From contig JAZQJV010000018.1 in assembly GCA_045541795.1 (NCBI GenBank), positions 118,236-182,235 on the forward strand: a stretch of DNA of 64,000 nucleotides, written 5' to 3'. This stretch comes from Patescibacteria group bacterium. GTDB taxonomy: Bacteria; Patescibacteriota; Microgenomatia; UBA1400; PJMF01. The notes beneath the pieces are model-generated. The model had not been told where the DNA came from. It did no database searches and was given only the letters and a program-made list of their open reading frames with translations. The position numbers and the translations under genes are program-made. Shown here in pieces: positions 1-7,355 of this stretch (position 1 is its first letter; each line of letters begins with the position of its first letter).

Positions 1-28
1 CTCAAATGTAGTGGCGGTAAACAACCCC

Positions 29-56
29 TTGACAAAACAAATATTTCTGGTATAAT
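29..56 (+). promoter_or_regulatory. sigma70-type promoter (TTGACA, 16-nt spacer, TGgTATAAT)
   Basis: TTGACA at 29-34, TG at 48-49, TATAAT at 51-56, read directly. Confidence 0.6.
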
Positions 57-62
57 CAGAGT

Positions 63-354
63 TGTTCTTTGATATTGATTGCCGCTGCCGATTGCATGGC
101 GGTTTGGCGATCCGATAAAGACAAAATCTGGTTTTGCAGGAGGTGGCGGCCAATGATTGTGCGTTTGATGACGACTATGATTACAGATTGGGCGAACATC
201 TAGCTCTCAAAAGAAGTGGGACGACAGATAGGAAAAATGCGCTTTTGGGCAGACTGATGGGCTCTACACTGTCAGTCTAGGAAGCAAAGCTGTACCATTG
301 CAAATTCGGAAATAAGGTTCAATTAGCCCCGGAAATAATCCCGGGGCTTTTTTT
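63..354 (+). ncRNA. candidate orphan transcript (unclassified ncRNA, or carrier of a 16-codon sORF at 153-203)
   Basis: Bracketed by the 29-56 promoter and the 325-354 terminator. The track lists no ORF here. It contains internal hairpins and an AGGAGG-ATG sORF. No family recognised. Confidence 0.3.
325..354 (+). terminator. intrinsic terminator
   Basis: 8-bp stem agccccgg/ccggggct, 7-nt loop, followed by a T7 run. Confidence 0.75.
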
Positions 355-388
355 ACACAGATACAGGCAGGTAAAACACACAGGTTAA

Positions 389-565
389 GTGGGTAAAGAA
401 TTATCTAGTAATCGCACTGAACACGTAATTTATTTGCTTGACGAGCCAACCACTGGTTTGCATTTTGAGGATGTACAGCGATTGCTTTCGATTTTAAGTT
501 CGCTGGTAGGACAAAACTCCAAGTCATGGACAGGTAAGTTTTTGGTCACTGAATTGGCGCGTTAG
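389..565 (+). pseudogene. uvrA: uvrA 3' relic (second ABC domain Walker-B region joined to the extreme C-terminus; most of the gene is missing)
   Basis: Translation is [58 protein letters not shown]. It matches the UvrA pattern ..[23 protein letters not shown]...LL..L..L.. and then the C-terminal S.TG.FL tail. The IEHNLDVIK...GPEGG segment is absent and an in-frame stop lies just upstream at 386-388. Confidence 0.7.
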
Positions 566-600
566 TCGCAGAGAGTAATGTTTAGTTTTTGTGATGAATT

Positions 601-622
601 ACCCCGACCTTACGGTCGGGGT
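601..622 (+). terminator. GC hairpin after the uvrA relic (possible terminator, weak U tract)
   Basis: accccgacc / ggtcggggt stem with a ttac loop. Confidence 0.35.
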
Positions 623-834
623 TATGGACAAATGTGATATGAATTATTTTGAACAATTATGTCTACTCAAAATTATAGTGACTACGCCCAGATTAACCTG
701 ATAACACCTATTGAATATGATCACTATTCAATTAGTTTGTTTAGGTTTTATCAATGTGAAAATTAATAAGTTGCCCAGCACGAGTTTGTTATAATCGGCT
801 TTAGGTTAATAATTTGTCTGGTCACCAGGCATAA

Positions 835-1374
835 GTGCCAACATTATTAACTGGAGGTTATATCACTTTTGCCTGGAAATCCATATGCGACCATCATGAC
901 TATAATCGTATTGATTTGCATGCCTTTAGACTGGACAATAGCTTTACTTATACAGTTTCACTTACAGTCAATTATGACAAGGTTAATCTTTTAGAGAAAC
1001 TGCCAGTCTTACCAAAGTTCGAACAATTATTTATAACTTTCAATCAACCACAAATGCTACTGACCGATACTTTATTGTGGCACGCTGATCGTTGTTACCA
1101 ATTTCAGGGACAAACATTCAATTATGTCCTCATCAGAGCACTGGTAAAAGCCAATGGAGAAATTCCCTGGAACGATCAGCTGCTGCTGATGTATGATCCT
1201 GGTCCTCTTCATCTAAGTAGCTCGAAAATAGATGATAGAAGTACTTTAATTTGTCGTGCTATAGATGACCTTAACTTGGAGCTCAAACAAAAACTTAAAA
1301 TGAATTTTACACCGATACACAGACGTAAAAATAAATTTATTAAATTTGATAAACAAATTATACTATCGACATAG
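835..1374 (+). CDS. hypothetical protein (possible OmpR/CadC-like winged-helix at the C-terminus)
   Basis: 179-aa ORF with a GTG start in the AT-rich region. The stretch ..RSTLICRAIDDLNLELKQKL...FIKF weakly resembles a Trans_reg_C recognition helix and wing. Confidence 0.4.
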   Translation: MPTLLTGGYITFAWKSICDHHDYNRIDLHAFRLDNSFTYTVSLTVNYDKVNLLEKLPVLPKFEQLFITFNQPQMLLTDTLLWHADRCYQFQGQTFNYVLIRALVKANGEIPWNDQLLLMYDPGPLHLSSSKIDDRSTLICRAIDDLNLELKQKLKMNFTPIHRRKNKFIKFDKQIILST

Positions 1375-1469
1375 ACTCACTTAGCTGGAGTTACTCTAGG
1401 CTCAGTTTTTGCTTCTCTGGTAGTTTAATATCCCTGTCTAGAAATTAGTCGAGGCTATTAAACGACCGC

Positions 1470-1679
1470 ATGAGACAGAGCACAATAGTAGTACCAGCTC
1501 GCACCGACATCGGGAAAAAATATCGTACTAGCTACGACCCTATATCAGAGCAGGACGTTCACGATTTTATTGCTGCCGTTAAGGCAGATAGTGGATGGGT
1601 ATTGAAGTTTGATGAGGCAAAACAAACAGCCAATGATTTAATAGAGTTGGCCAAATTAGTCAATAAATATCAGGAATAA
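1470..1679 (+). CDS. hypothetical small protein
   Basis: 69-aa ORF; no recognisable motif. Confidence 0.35.
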   Translation: MRQSTIVVPARTDIGKKYRTSYDPISEQDVHDFIAAVKADSGWVLKFDEAKQTANDLIELAKLVNKYQE

Positions 1680-1735
1680 CTGTCTTAAAAGTCTTGCATT
1701 TTTAATCAATTTGTGATATAAAGACCACATTAATT

Positions 1736-2824
1736 ATGACAAACACAAAAAAGATCCAGACAGTTACTAGTAACGATATGTCGATGTCTAATGATCAAGA
1801 GTATCGGGAATGGTTAGTCGACTTAAAAACAAGATATCAACATAGTCGCATTAAAGCATCTATAAAAATTAATTATGAGGTCATTTTTTATTACTGGTCT
1901 GTTGGTCGTGACATTGTGATTAAAAAAGCCGAATCAAAATGGGGTAGTGGTTTTTATGATAATTTGAGTCGCGATCTACGACGAGAATTACCTGGTATAC
2001 AGGGATTATCAAAAACAAATCTCAAATACATGAAGTACTTTTATGATCTTTTTCCAGATGTGTTTACTGATAAGTCAATTCGTCCACAAGTTGTGGACGA
2101 ATTGGAGCAAATACCTTGGGGACATATCCGATATATTATAGATAAGTGTCGCGGTGATCAACAAAAGGTGATATTTTTCATCAATAAGACCGTGGAAAAC
2201 AACTGGTCGAGAGCAATGCTGCTAAATTTCCTGGATACAGATCTTTACGAGAGGCAAGGGAAGGCGATTACGAATTTTACCAATAAGTTAGCTTCGCCTC
2301 AAGGAGAATTAGCTCAACAGCTTACCAAAGATCCTTACAGTTTTGACTTTCTTACTATGAGAGAAAACTATCAAGAAAAAGAGCTTAAGGATGCCCTGAT
2401 TGCTAATATTGAAAGATTTCTGCTGGAACTTGGCAAAGGTTTTGCTTATATGGGACGGGAATACCGCTTACAAATCGGTGAAACTGAAAAATTTATAGAT
2501 ATGCTCTTTTACAACACTGTCCTGCGTTGTTACGTGGTAGTAGAAGTCAAAGTGGAGAAATTTGAATCCGGACATTTAGGGCAATTGGGATTGTATGTGA
2601 CCGCGGTTAATCATCAGCTCAAAAACGAAACTGACAATCCCACTATCGGTCTGTTGATTTGCAAGAGCAAAGAGAATGTGGTGGCGAAATACTCGCTAGA
2701 AAGCATGGCGGTGCCGATCGGAATATCAGAATATGAGTTGCAAAAAATCTATCCCGCTGATTTCAAGAGTAGTTTGCCAACGATAGAGGAGATAGAGAAT
2801 GAGCTGGCTGATAATAACGATTAG
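1736..2824 (+). CDS. YhcG/DUF1016 family PD-(D/E)xK nuclease (paralog a)
   Basis: KAESKWGSGFYDNLSRDL, PWGHIRYI, FAYMGREYRLQIGE..FIDMLFYN..CYVVVEVK (D..E.K core), PTIGLLIC. A TTGCAT-17-TATAAA promoter lies upstream near 1693-1721. Confidence 0.85.
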   Translation: MTNTKKIQTVTSNDMSMSNDQEYREWLVDLKTRYQHSRIKASIKINYEVIFYYWSVGRDIVIKKAESKWGSGFYDNLSRDLRRELPGIQGLSKTNLKYMKYFYDLFPDVFTDKSIRPQVVDELEQIPWGHIRYIIDKCRGDQQKVIFFINKTVENNWSRAMLLNFLDTDLYERQGKAITNFTNKLASPQGELAQQLTKDPYSFDFLTMRENYQEKELKDALIANIERFLLELGKGFAYMGREYRLQIGETEKFIDMLFYNTVLRCYVVVEVKVEKFESGHLGQLGLYVTAVNHQLKNETDNPTIGLLICKSKENVVAKYSLESMAVPIGISEYELQKIYPADFKSSLPTIEEIENELADNND

Positions 2825-2845
2825 TAAAAATTAAGGTAATAACAT

Positions 2846-4273
2846 ATGTTCACACCTTTTGGCAAGAATCTCGACAATCTAAGTTTTGAAGACATTCAAA
2901 AATTTTGCGATAAAGGTGTTGCTGAAAATATTTATATTGATTACAAGAAAGAAATTAATCAGAAGAATGATCATCTTGCCAAAACTATTGCGTCCTTTGC
3001 TAATACACATGGCGGCTGGATAATAATTGGAGTAGAAGATAAGAATGATCGTCCAAACTCTCCATTTAACGGGATTGACTATACAGATGGAATAGAGTCT
3101 AGTATAACTACTATAATTGTTGACAATATTTATCCATATGTCGAAGTTACATCAAAGGTTATTGTCAACCATGATAATAAAAGAGCTTTTGTTGTAGTGT
3201 ATGTCCCAGAAAGTCATAAAACACCACATTGGATTAACAGCAGAAGGGATCTTTATATTAGAGCTAATACTAGAACAAAAACTGGCAGAGATGATATTAA
3301 GAATAAAAACGAAGACTTGGATATTTACGCCACTTCTGAAAATTGGGAATTCTTAAGAAATAAAAGGGAAAGGTCTCAACAACTGGCAATAGAATTGGAA
3401 ACAGCTTTAAATCGTTTGTTTCTATCATATAAAGATAAAGAAGAACGTTTGTGGTATCAAAATAACGAAAAAGTTAAAAATAATCCGTCGCTGCAAAGTA
3501 TAATATCTGAAGATATGGATACACTCGACTGTGCAGATCCAAGTATCACAACAATTAAAAATAGGCGAGAGTTCAGAAGCGAATGTTATCATGATAACAT
3601 TAGTATTATTGTCCAGCCAGTTTTCCCATCATACGCTATTTCTTCACCGCGTGATTTGAGAGAACACTATTCGTCTAACAGCGGTGCAAACCTCACTAAC
3701 GTTGGTTCACTTGACGAAAACTACAAACTTGATTATTTTCAAAACGGGATAGTAACTTTTTTTACTCCCGACAATAAGACAGGCAACCATTGCGCATTTT
3801 TTGCTCAAGACATCTTTGGTTCGTGCATGGTAAAACACAAGATAGTTCAACACAATCGAAAGAAGATTGATAACTACCAGGGTTATGAAGTGCCGCCAAA
3901 TAGTAACATTATTGACTTTGAATACTTGATAGTTTATATTGAACAATTTTTAAAATATGCATCAGTTTTTTATAAACAAATTGGTTATTTAGGCGAACTT
4001 AGACTTAAGGTGGTCATGAATGTGCCAGAATGGTCATATATGATAATTCATGATTCAACCAAGAATTTTCCGCTTGCATATAGTAATTCTGATAAATATT
4101 TTCTTTGGGAGAAAGTTTTTATTAATGCTGATTTTGTTAACGATCAAGAACGAAATAAAATACTAAATACTATGTATGAAAGTATTGGATTCTTTTTTAA
4201 TTGTGACGAAATTCCTAAACAAATAATTAATAATCTGAGAAAGAATCCAAATAATGCTAATGAGCAACTTTAA
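2846..4273 (+). CDS. AlbA_2 (Schlafen-like, putative DNA-binding) domain protein with an uncharacterised ~330-aa C-terminal region
   Basis: The N-terminus reads ENIYIDYKKEIN...LAKTIASFANTHGGWIIIGVED...FVVVYVPES...YIRANTRT, which fits the AlbA_2 pattern. It starts 21 nt after the DUF1016a stop. Confidence 0.75.
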   Translation: MFTPFGKNLDNLSFEDIQKFCDKGVAENIYIDYKKEINQKNDHLAKTIASFANTHGGWIIIGVEDKNDRPNSPFNGIDYTDGIESSITTIIVDNIYPYVEVTSKVIVNHDNKRAFVVVYVPESHKTPHWINSRRDLYIRANTRTKTGRDDIKNKNEDLDIYATSENWEFLRNKRERSQQLAIELETALNRLFLSYKDKEERLWYQNNEKVKNNPSLQSIISEDMDTLDCADPSITTIKNRREFRSECYHDNISIIVQPVFPSYAISSPRDLREHYSSNSGANLTNVGSLDENYKLDYFQNGIVTFFTPDNKTGNHCAFFAQDIFGSCMVKHKIVQHNRKKIDNYQGYEVPPNSNIIDFEYLIVYIEQFLKYASVFYKQIGYLGELRLKVVMNVPEWSYMIIHDSTKNFPLAYSNSDKYFLWEKVFINADFVNDQERNKILNTMYESIGFFFNCDEIPKQIINNLRKNPNNANEQL

Positions 4274-4297
4274 CTTCCCGTCTCAAAAACTCCCCAA

Positions 4298-4364
4298 TCA
4301 TGCTATAATCAACCTCAAGTAACTGGGTTCGGATTTCCCGCCAGAAACCACCAAAAAATAGGAT
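4298..4364 (+). repeat. promoter-plus-leader repeat, copy 1 (TGcTATAAT 4301-4309; conserved 29-nt core 4324-4352)
   Basis: The core tgggtTcggatttcccgccagaaaccacc differs at one base from the copy at 6859-6887. Both cores lie 14 nt after their -10 box. No ORF follows this copy. Confidence 0.7.
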
Positions 4365-4423
4365 ATTGAAGTACGCAAATTATATCCATATAAAAACGAT
4401 ATTTTAAGCAAATTATTTGGTAT

Positions 4424-5590
4424 TTAATCATTATTGTTAATGTTTAAAAGTAATTGTAATCTTTTCATGATTTCATCGAATGTTATTATTATATTTCTGG
4501 AAACACTCTTTCTGAATAAGTTGAACGATCTTTCTTGTTCTTCAAGAAGTCCTGATTTGTTACCGATAATAATTATTCCTAATGGATCAAGAGCATTCAA
4601 GCGGTTATCTTCATAATCTTTTCCAATAAGAGTTGAAAAATTATCACTCGCAATTCTAATTTGATTTTCTAGTTGAACTATCGCACCACTCAATTCGTCA
4701 GACATGGAATAGCACACATTCTCTCCAACGGCATCTGAATTGCCTCTATATTGATGTCCAATAATGGCACTTTGCGGTGTTTTAATTTCAATAACTGCAA
4801 AGCTTTTATTTGAAAGATTTTGCAAAAGAAAATCAGCGGCGACTCCTCCTTGGCCGTTTCTTCCACGACTGTTCTTTCCTCCTAGATATGTTTCGCCATT
4901 CAAATAACAGACTGGACAATAAAACAAACTCTCAAAAATCCACTGATTTTCTGTGAAGAATGCTTGCCAAAAGTTTTCTTTTTGGTTATTATTCATATTT
5001 TTCGCAATTGTATTAATTGCATTCTGCAATTTGGCTAGTAATATAATATTTTCTAATACTCTGATGTTTCCTTTTCCTAAATCTCTTAACTTGGTAATAA
5101 CCATTTCCTTATTTTTAATATCGCCAATTTGCAATAAAACACTTTCTATATTTCCTTCTCCAATAGATATTGTTGTGGTTCCAAATTTAATACCGTTTTC
5201 ATTTAGAGTCTCTCTAATTAACGGTAAATGCTCAAAGAGATTTTTCATGGCTTCACCATCAAGGTTGAGATCATAAAATTCTCCTTTTCTTAACTTAGTA
5301 ACAGATAGGCCTTTATAACTTTGCCAGTTGTCATTAATTCCTTTTCTTTCCCATCTGAAACCTCCTCGCAATGGTTTGTCAGTTTGAGATGGGTCTACCC
5401 ACTTTGGGTAAAAAAGTAATCTTGTGCTTTCAGTTTCTTTTAGTATAATTGGGGAAATATCAGCGGTTTTATTGGAAGTAGATTTTATTGTTATATCTTT
5501 TGATTCTTTCTGTTTGTCTGTAAATCCCTTGCGAGGTAGCGTGAAATCTATTTCTCCTGAAATATTGCTAAAATCATATTTTGGAGTCAT
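4424..5590 (-). CDS. sduA: Shedu-like DUF4263 (SduA-type) PD-(D/E)xK nuclease
   Basis: The C-terminal half reads NFWQAFFTENQWIFESLF...GVAADFLLQN...FAVIEIKTP...SDELSGAIVQLENQI, which fits the DUF4263 pattern at ~390 aa. The track start is a TTG at 5602. The ATG at 5590 preceded by GAAAG is more likely. Confidence 0.7.
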   Translation of the reverse strand: MTPKYDFSNISGEIDFTLPRKGFTDKQKESKDITIKSTSNKTADISPIILKETESTRLLFYPKWVDPSQTDKPLRGGFRWERKGINDNWQSYKGLSVTKLRKGEFYDLNLDGEAMKNLFEHLPLIRETLNENGIKFGTTTISIGEGNIESVLLQIGDIKNKEMVITKLRDLGKGNIRVLENIILLAKLQNAINTIAKNMNNNQKENFWQAFFTENQWIFESLFYCPVCYLNGETYLGGKNSRGRNGQGGVAADFLLQNLSNKSFAVIEIKTPQSAIIGHQYRGNSDAVGENVCYSMSDELSGAIVQLENQIRIASDNFSTLIGKDYEDNRLNALDPLGIIIIGNKSGLLEEQERSFNLFRKSVSRNIIITFDEIMKRLQLLLNINNND

Positions 5591-5608
5591 GGTGGCTTTC
5601 AATCAAAA

Positions 5609-6736
5609 TTACCTATTTGCTTCTAGCAACTTTTTCTCTATCTCCTCTATCGTCGGCATCGTTCCTTCCACCTTTTGCGGATACAACTTCTCCAGTTCGT
5701 ACTCCGAAATTCCCAATGGTTGATTGCTAGATTCCAAAGCATACTGAGCGATTAAATTATCTTTTTGCTTGCAAATGAGCAAACCGATAGTCGGATTATC
5801 TCGTCCTTCTTTTTGTAAAAGGTGATTGCAAGAAACCACGTAACCGCCAAGTTGCCCCAAATCGGCAAAATCAAATTCGCCAATTTTCACTTCAACCACA
5901 ACGTAACAAGACAACTGTAAATTATAGAAAAGCAAATCAATAAATTTTTCTTTCTCGCCGATTTGCAGTCGATACTCTTTTCCCACATACGCGAAGCCCG
6001 TGCCAAGTTCTAATAAAAATTTGGTTATATTTTCTAGCAGGGCATCTTTTAATTTACGTTCATTGTATTTATCGGTAATACCAGTAAAAGCAAAATTATA
6101 TGGATCTTTTGTTAATTCCTGAGCTAAATCGCTAGTAACATTGGGTAAGGTTTTGCCAAAATTCGTCAATGCTTTTCCTCGTCGATCATAAAGATCGGTT
6201 TCAATAAAATTGAGTAGCATATCTCGGCTCCAACCATTTTCTATTGTTTGGTGAACAAAAAAGAGTGCTTTTTGTGGTTCTGTTTTGAATTTATCAATTA
6301 ACAGCTTATGATGGCCCCACGGAACAGAAAAAATGTCGCTTTCAATTTTCTCAATGACTTGCTGAGTAATTACATTACTTTCTATTTGCTCCCCAACTTG
6401 GGGAGCAATTTCGAAATATTGATGGTAAAGTATATAAAAGTTTTTCATGTACAACAAATTTGTCGGCGAAAAACACGTTGCGTCAGGATTGAGAGTTTTA
6501 AGGTCTCGGCTGAGATTTTTCATGAAACCACTGCTCCATTTACTTTCGGCTTTCATTACCACAATGTCTCTGCCCAAATCATAGTAAAAACGAAGCATTT
6601 CCCGATTAACTTTTACTGCTGCTCTAACTTGGCTCAAGCGATAACGAGAAGAAAGCTTCCCAATCCACGAGGCATAATTTTCATCTAGAATTGTTAGTGA
6701 CTGAACTTGTTTTGCAACCTGTTTTTTCTCTGTCAT
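5609..6736 (-). CDS. YhcG/DUF1016 family PD-(D/E)xK nuclease (paralog b)
   Basis: KAESKWSSGFMKNLSRDL, PWGHHKLL, FAYVGKEYRLQIGE..FIDLLFYN..CYVVVEVK, PTIGLLIC. It is colinear with 1736-2824 over its whole length. Confidence 0.85.
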   Translation of the reverse strand: MTEKKQVAKQVQSLTILDENYASWIGKLSSRYRLSQVRAAVKVNREMLRFYYDLGRDIVVMKAESKWSSGFMKNLSRDLKTLNPDATCFSPTNLLYMKNFYILYHQYFEIAPQVGEQIESNVITQQVIEKIESDIFSVPWGHHKLLIDKFKTEPQKALFFVHQTIENGWSRDMLLNFIETDLYDRRGKALTNFGKTLPNVTSDLAQELTKDPYNFAFTGITDKYNERKLKDALLENITKFLLELGTGFAYVGKEYRLQIGEKEKFIDLLFYNLQLSCYVVVEVKIGEFDFADLGQLGGYVVSCNHLLQKEGRDNPTIGLLICKQKDNLIAQYALESSNQPLGISEYELEKLYPQKVEGTMPTIEEIEKKLLEANR

Positions 6737-6815
6737 AGTGGCTATTACTTATAGCACAATAACGCTATTTTGTCAATACTGATAATTAATTATTATTGGC
6801 ATTTATTTTCAATTC

Positions 6816-6903
6816 TTGCAAAAACAACTTCATACTGTTATAATCAGTTTCAAATAATTGGGTGCGGATTTCCCGCCAGAAACCACCCCAAAAAGATGGG
6901 ATT
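6816..6903 (+). promoter_or_regulatory. promoter-plus-leader repeat, copy 2 (TTGCAA 6816-6821, 17-nt spacer, TGtTATAAT 6836-6844; core 6859-6887)
   Basis: Consensus-like promoter followed by the conserved core tgggtGcggatttcccgccagaaaccacc. Possible helix GGGTG 6860-6864 / CACCC 6884-6888 and inner hairpin GCGG-atttc-CCGC. It precedes the zinc-ribbon/TM2 gene. Confidence 0.6.
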
Positions 6904-6922
6904 ACTGCGATGAAAGTGAAAC

Positions 6923-7256
6923 ATGACAGATGAAAAAACAAAATACTGTAAACATTGCGGTTCGCTTATTGATGTAGAATTGCATAATATGCCCGAAGTG
7001 TGGCAAGCAGGTCGAACAAGTAAAAGCCGAGCTTCCAAATGTAGTGATCAATAACAATAACACCAATTCGAATATAAACTATGCTGGTGCTGTGGGGAGC
7101 GGGCGGCCTATCAATAAGTGGATAGCTTTGGGTTTATGTCTTTTTCTGGGCATATTCGGTGCTCATAAGTTTTATGAAGGAAAGATTGGCATGGGAATAT
7201 TGTATTTGTTTACATTTGGTTTGTTTAGTCTTGGTTGGTTTTTAGATATTTTTTAA
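6923..7256 (+). pseudogene. zinc-ribbon + TM2 domain protein, interrupted by a +1 frameshift
   Basis: Frame A from ATG 6923 gives MTDEKTKYCKHCGSLIDVE... Frame B gives ..CIICPKCGKQVEQVKAELPNVV.. and continues into the 7044-7256 ORF with the TM2 motif (INKWIALGLCLFLGIFGAHKFYEGK). The two CxxC halves of the ribbon therefore sit in different frames, and a TAG at 6975-6977 blocks frame B upstream. Confidence 0.6.
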
Positions 7257-7355
7257 TCCTAACAAAGCCTAATCCTTATTACATATAATACTTTTACATT
7301 TGCGTTTTTATTATAACTACGTTATAATAACACAAACTTTAAGGAAAATATAAAC

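Noticed and set aside
153-230. Possibility that the 16-codon sORF region (..MITDWANI*LSKEVG..) is a further decayed UvrA fragment (cf. ..ADWIIDLGPEGG..)
   Set aside because: Only D-W and a few scattered positions match, and the order relative to the 389-565 relic would be inverted. Without an alignment search this is not supportable.
262-295. SRP-RNA-like string GUCAGUCUAGGAAGCAAAGC (reminiscent of GUCAGGUCCGGAAGGAAGCAGC of helix 8)
   Set aside because: There is no GNRA tetraloop or matching helix 8 pairing. The UCAGUCU segment instead pairs with AGACUGA at 251-257.
560-835. Possible att site, integrase remnant or sORF (33 codons from ATG 659) at the left island border
   Set aside because: I could find no direct repeat matching the right-hand side of the island and no recombinase-like translation in any frame. 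The sORF has no start signals.
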